64,000 nucleotides of DNA from a bacterium (GTDB lineage: Bacteria; CLD3; SB21). The translations under genes and the position numbers were made by a program. Under the pieces are notes generated by a model that was not told the origin of the DNA, made no database searches, and saw nothing but the letters and a program-made list of their open reading frames with translations. The stretch spans positions 24,193 through 88,192 of the forward strand of contig JABWCP010000001.1 of assembly GCA_013360215.1 (NCBI GenBank), given 5' to 3'. Below are positions 1 through 9,429 of the stretch, in pieces. Position 1 is the first letter of the stretch, and every line of letters starts with the position of its first letter.

Positions 1-897
1 GCGCACATGTTGGGCCATGAAGCGGGTTTATTCGTCCCCAGCGGTACGATGGGCAACCAATTGGCAATTAAAACACACACACGCCCTGCTAACGAAATCA
101 TCATTGAGGCCGATGCGCATATTTTTAAATACGAATGCGGTGCCTCATCCATGATTTCCGGCGTCATGACCAAAACCCTGCACGGACAACGCGGTATTCT
201 TACCGCTTCGCAGATCGCGGTAGCCATCAATGGCCCGGATATCCACAACGCGCCCACCGGCATGATCGCTTTGGAAAATACGCACAATCGCGCGGGCGGT
301 ACGATCTATCCGATTGAAACTGTAAAGCAGATTTCCGATCTGGCACGTCAACGCCATATCCCTTTGCATCTAGACGGCGCTCGTCTAATGAATGCGTGTG
401 TAGCAAGCCATATCAAACCGCAAACCTACGGTGTTTTATTCGACTCCGTGTCTCTTTGTCTGTCTAAAGGCTTAGGTGCGCCCGTAGGCTCTGTGCTGGT
501 TGGCAATAAATCTTTTATCGCACAAGCGCGCTATTACCGCAAGGCATTGGGCGGCGGTATGCGCCAGGCCGGTATTCTCGCCGCGGCCGGCTTATATGCA
601 TTACAACATCATGTCAATGATCTCGCAGACGATCACCGTAAGGCCCAAATTTTAGCTGAAACATTATCCGCGTTGCCGCCTTTTGAAATAGACGTCACGA
701 CGGTGCAAACCAATATCGTTATTTTTGATGTTGTGAATCCGGCTTTAGATGCGCAACGTGTAGTAGATCATCTCGGTTCGCAAGGTATTTTGGCGATTCC
801 ATTCGGGGAACGCAAAGTACGTTTTGTCACCCATCGCGATCTTACGTTTGAACAAATAGATGAAGCTGTTTCCATACTTCGTAAACAATACCAATAA
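1..897 (+). CDS. ltaE: Low-specificity L-threonine aldolase, 5' end truncated by the window edge
   Basis: The frame is open from nt 1. It carries the PLP-dependent threonine aldolase motifs [15 protein letters not shown] and [10 protein letters not shown]. Stop at 895-897. Confidence 0.85.
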   Translation, partial: AHMLGHEAGLFVPSGTMGNQLAIKTHTRPANEIIIEADAHIFKYECGASSMISGVMTKTLHGQRGILTASQIAVAINGPDIHNAPTGMIALENTHNRAGGTIYPIETVKQISDLARQRHIPLHLDGARLMNACVASHIKPQTYGVLFDSVSLCLSKGLGAPVGSVLVGNKSFIAQARYYRKALGGGMRQAGILAAAGLYALQHHVNDLADDHRKAQILAETLSALPPFEIDVTTVQTNIVIFDVVNPALDAQRVVDHLGSQGILAIPFGERKVRFVTHRDLTFEQIDEAVSILRKQYQ

Positions 898-901
898 ACT
901 C

Positions 902-1795
902 ATGAGCACAGAAAAAATCATCGCTGACCAAATTGATCGCATTCTTGCGGATATCAAAGGAGTTGCCGCCGTATCCGAACCTGCATGCGATTGCCGCATC
1001 AATAAGCCCGCGACCCCAAGCGAAGCCTGCGCATGCAATACAGCAACGGAAGCCGAGATCTATAACAATTTCGTCGAATGCGGTGCGTGCCGCATTTCCG
1101 CTGCGCTCGGCATCGATGCCGAAAAAGAACGTGTCGGGCGAATGATTGATCATACGTTGCTCAAGCCCGAAGCCACGGCGAAAGAAATCGACCAACTCTG
1201 TGAAGAAGCGGCCAAATACTGTTTTGCATCCGTATGCATCAATCCAAGCTGGGTCAAACGCGCTGCACAAAAACTGGCGCGCAGCGGCGTCAAAGTGTGC
1301 ACCGTCGTAGGTTTCCCCTTAGGCGCTACGAGCACACAAGCCAAAGCTTTAGAAACTGAAATCGCCGTATCGCACGGTGCTCAAGAAGTGGATATGGTGA
1401 TCAATGTCGGTTGGCTCAAATCCGGTGAATACGAATTGGTCAAAAAAGATATCACCGCTGTGGTGCGTCATGCCGGTCGCCAAGTGCCCGTCAAAGTGAT
1501 TTTAGAAACATGCCTTCTTACCAATGAAGAAAAAATAAAAGCCTGCGTACTTTCCAAAGAAGCCGGCGCCGCTTACGTTAAAACTTCGACCGGTTTCAAC
1601 AAAGGAGGCGCTACCGCGGCCGACATTGCACTGATGCGGCATGTCGTCGGACAAGACATGGGCGTCAAAGCCTCCGGCGGCGTTCGTACGTATGAAGATG
1701 CACTGCAAATGGTTCAATCGGGCGCATCGCGTATCGGCGCAAGCGCCAGCGTAAAAATCGTTACCGGCAAATCCGGCGAAGCGGCCGGTTATTGA
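902..1795 (+). CDS. deoC: Deoxyribose-phosphate aldolase with an approx 80-aa Cys-rich N-terminal extension
   Basis: The canonical DeoC core starts at [23 protein letters not shown] and contains the Schiff-base lysine region [10 protein letters not shown] and SGGVRT. ATG 902 lies just after the ltaE stop. The extension carries CDC, CAC and CGAC cysteine pairs. Confidence 0.85.
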   Translation: MSTEKIIADQIDRILADIKGVAAVSEPACDCRINKPATPSEACACNTATEAEIYNNFVECGACRISAALGIDAEKERVGRMIDHTLLKPEATAKEIDQLCEEAAKYCFASVCINPSWVKRAAQKLARSGVKVCTVVGFPLGATSTQAKALETEIAVSHGAQEVDMVINVGWLKSGEYELVKKDITAVVRHAGRQVPVKVILETCLLTNEEKIKACVLSKEAGAAYVKTSTGFNKGGATAADIALMRHVVGQDMGVKASGGVRTYEDALQMVQSGASRIGASASVKIVTGKSGEAAGY

Positions 1796-1841
1796 TTGAT
1801 ACGACGATTTAAAAAACATCTTAATTCATCAGGATTGCAAC

Positions 1842-2843
1842 ATGCCTAACCGTTTTAAAACCATTGAGCGACATATCATTGACATGGAACGCCTGCACCC
1901 CGAGGCATCGGGTGAATTGACGGGTCTGCTTTCCGACATTGCGCTCGCGGGTAAAATCATTTCATCGGAAGTCAATCGTGCCGGATTAGTCAACCTGCTC
2001 GGACTGGCTGGCGGCGAAAATGTTCACGGCGAAGCGGTAAAAAAGTTAGATATGTTTTCCCACGACATGCTGGTCAAAATTATTTCCGGCGGACGGGGCG
2101 AAATTTTTATGCTGGGTTCCGAAGAGATGGAACATCCTCTTTCGCTTGATGATAATTACCCCGACGGCAAGTATATCGTCAATTTTGATCCGCTTGACGG
2201 TTCATCCAATATTGATGCCAATGTCAGCGTGGGCACGATTTTTTCTATCCTAAAAAAAGACTCCTCTTCCAACCCTAAAGAAGCCTGCCGCCAGAGCGGT
2301 GTCCAGCAAGTCGCCGCGGGTTATATTATTTACGGTTCCAGTACGATGTTTGTTTACACGGCCGGTCACGGTGTCCACGGTTTCACGCTGGATCCGGGGC
2401 TCGGCGAATTTATACTCTCGCATGAAAACATAAAAACACCCGAACGCGGAAAAATATACAGTATCAATGAAGGCAATTCGAACAAGTGGCACGACGGTGT
2501 TCGGAATTACATCGCATATCTTAAAGAAGAAAATAAATCCGATAAACGCCCCTATTCCTCGCGTTATATCGGATCTTTGGTTGCCGATTTTCATCGCAAT
2601 TTACTCTATGGCGGTATTTTCCTTTATCCGGCAGATCGTTCCAATCCTGAAGGGAAATTGCGTTTATTATACGAAGCCAATCCTTTAGCCATGATCGTTG
2701 AAGCAGCCGGAGGAGCCGCTTCCGACGGACATCGGCGCATCATGGAAATCGAACCCACGGCTTTACATCAACGAGTTCCTCTTATCATCGGAAGTAAAGC
2801 GGACGTAGAAACAGCTTGTGCTTTTATTCAGGGCCAGCGTTAA
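1842..2843 (+). CDS. fbp: Fructose-1,6-bisphosphatase class 1
   Basis: FBPase-I signature FDPLDGSSNID, plus YIGSLVADFHRNLLYGGIFLYP and EANPLAMIVEAAGG. Confidence 0.9.
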   Translation: MPNRFKTIERHIIDMERLHPEASGELTGLLSDIALAGKIISSEVNRAGLVNLLGLAGGENVHGEAVKKLDMFSHDMLVKIISGGRGEIFMLGSEEMEHPLSLDDNYPDGKYIVNFDPLDGSSNIDANVSVGTIFSILKKDSSSNPKEACRQSGVQQVAAGYIIYGSSTMFVYTAGHGVHGFTLDPGLGEFILSHENIKTPERGKIYSINEGNSNKWHDGVRNYIAYLKEENKSDKRPYSSRYIGSLVADFHRNLLYGGIFLYPADRSNPEGKLRLLYEANPLAMIVEAAGGAASDGHRRIMEIEPTALHQRVPLIIGSKADVETACAFIQGQR

Positions 2844-2846
2844 TCG

Positions 2847-3719
2847 TCAATTCTGTTTTATAATGATTGGATTAAAGGCTTTGGAAACCACGGTAACGCG
2901 ATCACCGATTTGAAGTGATGCGACGTCCGAGGCCGTTGCTACAACGCGAATCAATTGCTCCCCTGATGCGATCGTGAGAATAAATATCGTATCGTTGGGT
3001 TCCATGCCCACAACTTCACCATCCATTCTAAACTTTCCGCTTAAATGTTTATCATGATAAACATCCATCGGATTACCCAGCTTAGCCATTCGCCCATTAT
3101 CCAAAACGCAAACCCGATTTGATAAGCGGCAAATTTCCGCCATGTCATGGCTTACCCAAACCATCATCGATGGCGCTTCATTCCACAGGGTCAATATCTC
3201 TTGCTGCATTTTTTTTCGCAACGCCGTATCCATTGCGGCTAGCGGTTCGTCCATTAGGAGAAGTACCGGCTTACGAATCAATGCTCGCGCCAAAGCAACA
3301 CGTTGCTTTTGACCGCCCGACAACGTATCAGGTCTTCGCGAAGCAAGACCCTCCAGTTCGGTGAGTTGCAACATTCGCCGGACCGCTTCATCATCGGGTT
3401 CACTCAACGCAAATGCGAGATTTTCATATATCGTCATATTGGGAAACAATGCATAATCCTGGAATACAAATCCTACAGCACGTCGTTCGGGAGGATGATT
3501 GATTTTTTTTTCGGAATCAAACCACGGTTGATCCTGCCAATAAATGCGACCGCTATCCGGTTCAGTGAGTCCGGCCAGCATACGAAGAAGGGTTGTTTTT
3601 CCGGAACCGGACACGCCGGTTAATGCTAAACGTTCATGCGCAGGAATCTCCATACGTATTTCCATAACGACATGCCCGGAGGAGGTTTCAATCGTTTTTT
3701 TAATATCAATGGACAGCAT
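2847..3719 (-). CDS. modC: Molybdate ABC transporter ATP-binding protein with a C-terminal TOBE domain
   Basis: Walker A GVSGSGKTT, ABC signature LSGGQKQRVALARAL and Walker B LLLMDEP, then a C-terminal TOBE-like domain. Its start overlaps the modB stop by 1 nt. Confidence 0.85.
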   Translation of the reverse strand: MLSIDIKKTIETSSGHVVMEIRMEIPAHERLALTGVSGSGKTTLLRMLAGLTEPDSGRIYWQDQPWFDSEKKINHPPERRAVGFVFQDYALFPNMTIYENLAFALSEPDDEAVRRMLQLTELEGLASRRPDTLSGGQKQRVALARALIRKPVLLLMDEPLAAMDTALRKKMQQEILTLWNEAPSMMVWVSHDMAEICRLSNRVCVLDNGRMAKLGNPMDVYHDKHLSGKFRMDGEVVGMEPNDTIFILTIASGEQLIRVVATASDVASLQIGDRVTVVSKAFNPIIIKQN

Positions 3720-4390
3720 TATCGGCCTCCGGCATTATTTTTGGACTCGATAACATGAATACCGAATAACACACACCATGAAAAAATTACTAACACAAGA
3801 GCATAGGTGTGGGCCATCGAATAATTCATTTGTTCAACGGCTTCGAATAGCGCGATAGAGGCCACTTTTGTTTTTTCAGGAATACTTCCGCCAATCATTA
3901 GTACAACGCCAAATTCGCCTACCGTATGCGCAAACGTCATGATAGACGCCGAAACGACAGCCGGACGCATATTGGGTAATAGAACATGATATAGGATCTC
4001 CCCTCTTGATTTCCCCAATGTTTGTGCCGCTTCGATCAACGATCGGTGCACTGAACCAAAACCCGTACGCAACGGATTAACCATAAACGGCAAACTGAAA
4101 ATAAACGAACCGATAAGAAGTCCCGTAAATGAAAAGGCAAGGCGCACATCAAACCATGATTCGATCGCAGCGCCAAACCAAAATTTTGGTGAAAACGCGA
4201 TCAGCAAATAAAATCCCAATACCGATGGAGGCAATACCAGAGGCATGCTTACCAACGTTTGCAACGGTATGCGCCATTTGCTTTTAGTAAATGCGAGATA
4301 GTAAGCCAACGGAATACCGGCTATCAGCAATAATACCGTCGTACAACTTGCCAATTTGAACGTCAGCCAGAAAGGCGCCCAATCCATCAT
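3719..4390 (-). CDS. modB: Molybdate ABC transporter permease
   Basis: Multi-TM permease with an EAA-like loop (EAAQTLGKSRGEILYHVLLP). It sits between modA/mop and modC. Confidence 0.85.
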   Translation of the reverse strand: MMDWAPFWLTFKLASCTTVLLLIAGIPLAYYLAFTKSKWRIPLQTLVSMPLVLPPSVLGFYLLIAFSPKFWFGAAIESWFDVRLAFSFTGLLIGSFIFSLPFMVNPLRTGFGSVHRSLIEAAQTLGKSRGEILYHVLLPNMRPAVVSASIMTFAHTVGEFGVVLMIGGSIPEKTKVASIALFEAVEQMNYSMAHTYALVLVIFSWCVLFGIHVIESKNNAGGR

Positions 4391-4391
4391 G

Positions 4392-4796
4392 CTACGCGTC
4401 CTCCCAAACAGCTACCGCTTGCGCATTCACGTATACTTCAAGATTATGATTTTCCTCCAACGACATACGCTTGGCATTTTCTGTAGTGATAACCGATCGG
4501 ATAGTACCTATCGCAGTTTGTACTTCTACTTCTGTCAAAAGTTTACCCCATCGAATATGAACAATTGTTCCTGCCCATTGATTGGACATACTACCGTGCC
4601 GGCATTCTTGCGGTAATAAGTTCACTTCGGTTTCTTTAAACACAGCGTACACTTGTATATCCGGTTTTAGATACGATGCCGTTTCAGGTGTTTCGATAAT
4701 AACGGCTGTTAACTGAGCGTTCGCGCTTTGCATCGTCACCAAAGACAATGATGCTTCGGTTTCAATAGCAACGATATGACATTTAATTTTATTCAT
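4392..4796 (-). CDS. mop: Molybdopterin/molybdate-binding Mop-like protein (two TOBE domains)
   Basis: Two approx 65-aa repeats with a TOBE-like SxxN-x-x-G-x-V pattern (SNQWAGTIV). The ORF-track start at 4814 is TTG. The first ATG is 4796 (MNKIKC). Confidence 0.65.
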   Translation of the reverse strand: MNKIKCHIVAIETEASLSLVTMQSANAQLTAVIIETPETASYLKPDIQVYAVFKETEVNLLPQECRHGSMSNQWAGTIVHIRWGKLLTEVEVQTAIGTIRSVITTENAKRMSLEENHNLEVYVNAQAVAVWEDA

Positions 4797-5562
4797 GAAT
4801 TCTTGTATAACCAAATTTCACAAAAACTTCTTTGGCTGTATCCGAATAAATAAATTCAAAGCATTGCCGGGCCTCCGACTTATCACTTAATAAAGCAGCA
4901 CTTTGTATGATCGGATTATACAGTGTCGAATCAACGATACGATAGTATCCTTTCAAACCCGTCGGTGCACTCAATACTGATGACAACGCTGTCAACCCTA
5001 TATCCGCCGTTCCGGTTGTAATGTACTGATTCACCTGGGATATATTTTCACCGAAAATCAGTTTATCCTTCACGCGTTCGTACTTTCCGGATTTTTTCAT
5101 CGCGTCCATGGCGGCCTTACCGTATGGTGCCAATGCAGGGTCAGCGATAGCAATGTGACGAATTTCGGCTTGGTCAACAGAACCCATTGCATCGTCGGAG
5201 TAAAGCGTCCTAACAGACCAAGCGACCAATTGACCTTGGGCATATGAACGCGGGCGCATACGCGTCAATTTCTTTTCATATAAAATATTTGGAAATACCG
5301 TATCGGCGGATAAAAAAATATCATAGGGTGCGCCGTGTTCGATCTGAGTCGCAAGTTTACCCGATGCGCCGGAAATGATCTCTACGCGAATTCCGGTTTG
5401 TTGCGTGAATATCGCCATCAAAGCCTTAGTTGCGGGACTTACATTGCTAGCGACGGCAATACGTACCGACGACTGCGAATGTAATTCGAAGAAGCTCAAT
5501 ACCATCACCATACACAAATTGACAAAGAGATTTTTGATCAAATGCTGTAACGAAGCGGGCAT
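4789..5562 (-). CDS. modA: Molybdate ABC transporter periplasmic substrate-binding protein
   Basis: N-terminal signal-like segment, then the ModA-like motifs ISGASGKLATQIEHGAPYDIFLSAD and DKLIFGENISQV. ATG verified at 5560-5562. Confidence 0.85.
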   Translation of the reverse strand: MPASLQHLIKNLFVNLCMVMVLSFFELHSQSSVRIAVASNVSPATKALMAIFTQQTGIRVEIISGASGKLATQIEHGAPYDIFLSADTVFPNILYEKKLTRMRPRSYAQGQLVAWSVRTLYSDDAMGSVDQAEIRHIAIADPALAPYGKAAMDAMKKSGKYERVKDKLIFGENISQVNQYITTGTADIGLTALSSVLSAPTGLKGYYRIVDSTLYNPIIQSAALLSDKSEARQCFEFIYSDTAKEVFVKFGYTRIHE

Positions 5563-5746
5563 TCGTTAATTACTTTTTTAAAATCATTGATGATGACAAC
5601 GCTCATTAAGGCCGATCTGAAATTACAAATTTAAGAGATTAATCACAACCATAGCTTATTTCGCCTCGCAGCTCAAGTTATTGAAATTTTAACGCTTATG
5701 ATGTTACCTCGAAAATGAAATTGTAAAAATTTATGCTATAATACCC

Positions 5747-5752
5747 GTGAAC
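5747..5752 (+). promoter_or_regulatory. Candidate -10 element (TATAAT) for the radical SAM gene at 5819
   Basis: GCTATAAT lies 67 nt upstream of ATG 5819 in an AT-rich 256-nt divergent intergenic region. No convincing -35 box was found. Confidence 0.2.
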
Positions 5753-5818
5753 GGTCGGTTTCCCTTGCGAACGCTAAAAGTGCGTCGTATATTTAGATGA
5801 AGACATTACTTCACACGC

Positions 5819-6826
5819 ATGACCACTTCGCCTACTTTAATACAAAAACGCTTTCAATTTCCTCCGGGTCAAAATCCCTTCATAACCGAAGAACAACGTT
5901 TTTTTTCATATAATCATTACATTCGTTCGCGTTTTGGTCAAAGGATTCATCGTGTTACGGTGGATGCCGGATTTACATGCCCCAACCGCGACGGAACGGT
6001 GGCTTCCGGCGGATGTACATATTGTAACAACGACGGTTTCAGCCCGGCTTCGCAGATTTATCGTGTAAAAAAATACCTTAAGCCTTCAACGCCGGTGCAC
6101 GATCAGATAGCCAACCATATTGATGCAATGAAAAAGCGTTTTAAAACGGATAAGTTTTTCGCGTATTTTCAGGCCTATAGCAATACGTATGCGCCGGTGG
6201 ACGAACTCGAAACGCTCTACCGAGAAGCCCTCCGTCATCCGGATATTATCGGTCTTGTCGTTGGGACACGTCCCGATTGTGTGGACGAAGAAAAGCTCCA
6301 GCTTTTACAGTCCATAGCCGAAACTCATTACGTCAGTATCGAATACGGTTGTGAATCCATATACGATAAAACATTACAATGGGTAAATCGCGGACATGAC
6401 TTTGCCTGCTTTATAGACGCGGTCGAAATGAGTGCGGGACGTAATTTGGATGTGGCCGCACATATTATTCTCGGTTTTCCGACCGAAACACGGGACGAGA
6501 TGCTTGCGATGGCTGATGCAATAAATCGCTTACCGGTAGATTTTATAAAGATTCACAACCTCCACATTGTTGCCCAAACGCCACTCGCCTTTCAATACAA
6601 AAAGTCACCTTTCCCTGTGTTTGAGCAACACGAATATGGCATGTTAGTATGTGATTTTCTTGAAAAATTGTCTCCTAACATTTGCATTCAAAGATTATAT
6701 GGCGATGCCCCGCGCGATATGCAAATCGCTCCCCGGTGGTCCACAACCGGCCAGGATATGAATCTTTGGGTTCAGGCCGAGTTGACACGTCGTCAGTCGT
6801 TTCAGGGTATTCGTACAACTGAATGA
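5819..6826 (+). CDS. TIGR01212-family radical SAM protein (YhcC-like)
   Basis: Cys triad CPNRDGTVASGGCTYC with a conserved YhcC-like N-terminus. ATG verified at 5819. Confidence 0.75.
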   Translation: MTTSPTLIQKRFQFPPGQNPFITEEQRFFSYNHYIRSRFGQRIHRVTVDAGFTCPNRDGTVASGGCTYCNNDGFSPASQIYRVKKYLKPSTPVHDQIANHIDAMKKRFKTDKFFAYFQAYSNTYAPVDELETLYREALRHPDIIGLVVGTRPDCVDEEKLQLLQSIAETHYVSIEYGCESIYDKTLQWVNRGHDFACFIDAVEMSAGRNLDVAAHIILGFPTETRDEMLAMADAINRLPVDFIKIHNLHIVAQTPLAFQYKKSPFPVFEQHEYGMLVCDFLEKLSPNICIQRLYGDAPRDMQIAPRWSTTGQDMNLWVQAELTRRQSFQGIRTTE

Positions 6827-6866
6827 TCATCTGAATTATTTGTTCTTTGCTTTGCTACTTACCACT

Positions 6867-6905
6867 GCGTTACGGTTTACTCTGTAACGCCAAAACCGTA
6901 GGAGG
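6867..6905 (+). promoter_or_regulatory. Leader with two mutually exclusive hairpins next to a strong Shine-Dalgarno site (AGGAGG, 6900-6905)
   Basis: gcgttac (6867-6873) pairs with gtaacgc (6884-6890). Alternatively acggttt (6872-6878) pairs with aaaccgt (6893-6899), which directly abuts the SD. The ATG is at 6911, a 5-nt spacer. Confidence 0.3.
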
Positions 6906-6910
6906 TCTCC

Positions 6911-8071
6911 ATGATAAGCCAAAAAACGATCGAACGGTTATCTAAAATCGGCAGCAGAGATTTTTTTATCACCAGTTTATATCTCAATTTGGATCATACA
7001 CAGAAACACGGTCAATACAAAATCGCTCTGAAAGATCTGCTGAAAGACCGTCGCCATCGTCTGGATGAATTTCGTAAGAATAAAAAAATATCCAAGGAAC
7101 AGATCAAATCGCTCGAAGATGATTTTGTTCGAATTGAAAATTATATCCAGCACGAATTTGTCAGCAAAGATTCCGGAAAAGGATTGGCCATTTTCAGCTG
7201 CAGCGCTACGCATTTCTGGGAAATTCTCGAATTGCCTCAACCGGTTCCCAATCATCTCAATGCCGATTTTGATCCCAATATCCGCATTCTAAGCGAATTA
7301 TTATGCGATTACCGTCACTATGCCATCGCTCTCGTTGATAGCAGCAAAGCTAAAATCGTTGATGTCAATCTGGGTTTCGTTCGTGAAGTGTGGTCTGTCG
7401 AACATGCGATAACCGGCAAAACCAAATTTGGCGGCGTGGATGGCACCCAAGAGCGTAATGCCGAGCGAGCGCACGATGAATCTGTTCATAAACACTTTAA
7501 GGTTGTGGCGACCGAGGTTGAAAAAGTCTTCGATCACAGCGACCATATGTGGCTTATCCTCGGCGGACGGCAAAATTTCCTACCACAGTTCGAGTCTCTT
7601 CTCTCCGCCCCGGTTCGTAAAAAAATTGTCGGCCACATCGTGATTGATCCGGAGGCATCGCTCAACGAAGTTTTGGGCAAAGCGTACACGATCGCCGAAG
7701 AAGCCGAAGCCGCCCATGAAAAAGAAATTATCGAACAATTACGCGGCGAAGCCAGTAACGGCGGTAAAGGAATTTTTGGTCTACAACCTACTCTGCAAAG
7801 CCTCCGCAAAGGCGGCGTAAGCACGCTTGTAGTGACGAAAGGATATCAGGCGCCGGGATTTGTTTGTCATAAATGTTTTTTCATAGGTACTCCTGAGGAA
7901 AAAGGCAAACACGATACTTGCCCGATCTGTTCCGGACCAGCACACAACGTCGAAGATGTCGTCGAAGAGGCTATTACTTTTGCTTATATGCAAGGATGTA
8001 AAGTAGAAACCACCAATGAAAATTCGCGCATGCGTATCATGGGTGATTTTGGAGCGCTACTTAGGTATTGA
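6911..8071 (+). CDS. Bacterial eRF1/Pelota-like protein (baeRF-type release-factor homolog) with a C-terminal zinc ribbon
   Basis: The C-terminal region aligns with eRF1/aRF1/Pelota domain 3: GIFGLQPTLQSLRKGGVSTLVV, an inserted CHKC...CPIC ribbon, and the terminal MGDFGALLRY (compare GGIxxiLRY). The central region FGGVDGTQERNAERAHDESVHKHFKVVATEV resembles the eRF1 GGQ-loop helix. Confidence 0.6.
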   Translation: MISQKTIERLSKIGSRDFFITSLYLNLDHTQKHGQYKIALKDLLKDRRHRLDEFRKNKKISKEQIKSLEDDFVRIENYIQHEFVSKDSGKGLAIFSCSATHFWEILELPQPVPNHLNADFDPNIRILSELLCDYRHYAIALVDSSKAKIVDVNLGFVREVWSVEHAITGKTKFGGVDGTQERNAERAHDESVHKHFKVVATEVEKVFDHSDHMWLILGGRQNFLPQFESLLSAPVRKKIVGHIVIDPEASLNEVLGKAYTIAEEAEAAHEKEIIEQLRGEASNGGKGIFGLQPTLQSLRKGGVSTLVVTKGYQAPGFVCHKCFFIGTPEEKGKHDTCPICSGPAHNVEDVVEEAITFAYMQGCKVETTNENSRMRIMGDFGALLRY

Positions 8072-8100
8072 CCTCATGATGAGTTTATTATATGTTTTAA

Positions 8101-8130
8101 AGGTAAGTTAAACGGCTTACCTTTTTTTTT
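8101..8130 (+). terminator. Rho-independent terminator after the eRF1-like gene
   Basis: aggtaag / cttacct stem with an 8-nt loop, followed by a T9 run. Confidence 0.55.
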
Positions 8131-8148
8131 AAACAAACACGATTAGCT

Positions 8149-9429
8149 ATGACCAACACACGCTCTGTATTTCTTACGATCTTTGTTCTATGTATCACAC
8201 AAGCCCAAAGTACCAACGGCCAAGATTTAGATCACATCGAAAAATTCAACAGCGTAAAATCCTTATTTACTTCGCGTTGCATTTCTTGCCACGGTGGTGA
8301 TGAACCGGTGGCCGGTCTACGGCTTGATCGCAATCTCTATGCACAGATCGTCAATGTTCCCAGTAACGGCAATCCCGGCTTACATCTCATTCAACCCAAC
8401 TCTCCGGAATCCAGTTACCTTTATCGAAAAGTAGCAATGCAACCGAACGAATTACCCTTTGCGGATGATCCCATGCCGCTGGACGATGTTCCGTTAAGTT
8501 CTTCTGAACTGCAAATCATACGAGAATGGATCGTCTCATTTGATCCGGCCTTATGGCCTGCGGAAAATCAAAATAGCTCGATTGTTCAAAATCCTGCTTC
8601 AGAGATCATACCAAAGTTTTTGGCTACACAATTGATCAATATGCCCACGACACAAACATTGGGTAACCGTAGTGCGGAATTTCGCATCATGCACCGTTTT
8701 GGCTTGATCAACGGCGGTCCCGACGGAGGAAATACGTATGGAGGTTTTTTTGGCATGGATGCAGGTGCTATAACAAGTATCAACCTTTCCATAGCTGTCA
8801 CGAATAATGCGGATATTCTGCTTCGGCGTACTGGAACCAATAAAGATTTTGAATTGGGCGTCAAATACGTGCCGTTTCATTTCAACGAACGTTTTCCGAC
8901 GGATATCGGTTTTTTTGGAAGCGTAGACTGGATTAGCCGGGATGACGTGCCCGCGCGTCATAAATTCTCACCTAATCTCCAAATGATGATCGGTAGCCGC
9001 CCATTTGACAACCTGAGCATACTCGTAGTGCCCGGAATCGCCTTTAAAAGCAATCACAATGCTACGATCACCAAAACGATCAATGATACTACAACCCAAG
9101 CCTATCGCGATACGCGGGCTACTACGGCTATAGGACTGGGGGCGGAATATCTGATAGGCCGAGGCTATGCGATTTCAGGTGAATACATTCCCCGTCTCGG
9201 AGGTTATAAAGGAAATTCGTTTTCAAACGATCGCAGGTTTGATAATTGGAGCCTTGCTTTTTCATACAAAGTTCGCCTCCACGTATTTCAGCTTTTAGTT
9301 TCCAATACCCAAACGATGCATACCACTCAATATTTGCCCGGAAGTTCAACTATTACCAAGAATGCATTATACAATAAGGGCTGGAATTTTCACTTCGGAT
9401 TTAACATATACAGGCAATTCAAATGGTAA
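8149..9429 (+). CDS. Secreted protein: N-terminal mono-heme cytochrome-c domain (planctomycete PSCyt1-like) fused to a predicted outer-membrane beta-barrel
   Basis: Signal peptide, then CISCHGG...GLRLD...SSSELQIIREWI (a CxxCH heme site). Then approx 300 aa of alternating amphipathic strands ending YRQFKW with a C-terminal aromatic residue. Confidence 0.5.
   Translation: MTNTRSVFLTIFVLCITQAQSTNGQDLDHIEKFNSVKSLFTSRCISCHGGDEPVAGLRLDRNLYAQIVNVPSNGNPGLHLIQPNSPESSYLYRKVAMQPNELPFADDPMPLDDVPLSSSELQIIREWIVSFDPALWPAENQNSSIVQNPASEIIPKFLATQLINMPTTQTLGNRSAEFRIMHRFGLINGGPDGGNTYGGFFGMDAGAITSINLSIAVTNNADILLRRTGTNKDFELGVKYVPFHFNERFPTDIGFFGSVDWISRDDVPARHKFSPNLQMMIGSRPFDNLSILVVPGIAFKSNHNATITKTINDTTTQAYRDTRATTAIGLGAEYLIGRGYAISGEYIPRLGGYKGNSFSNDRRFDNWSLAFSYKVRLHVFQLLVSNTQTMHTTQYLPGSSTITKNALYNKGWNFHFGFNIYRQFKW

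Noticed and set aside
5563-5818. Possible molybdenum-cofactor (Moco) riboswitch upstream of modA
   Set aside because: I cannot recognise conserved Moco-motif helices by eye. The region is AT-rich and looks like a plain divergent promoter region. A CM scan with Infernal and RF01055 would be needed.
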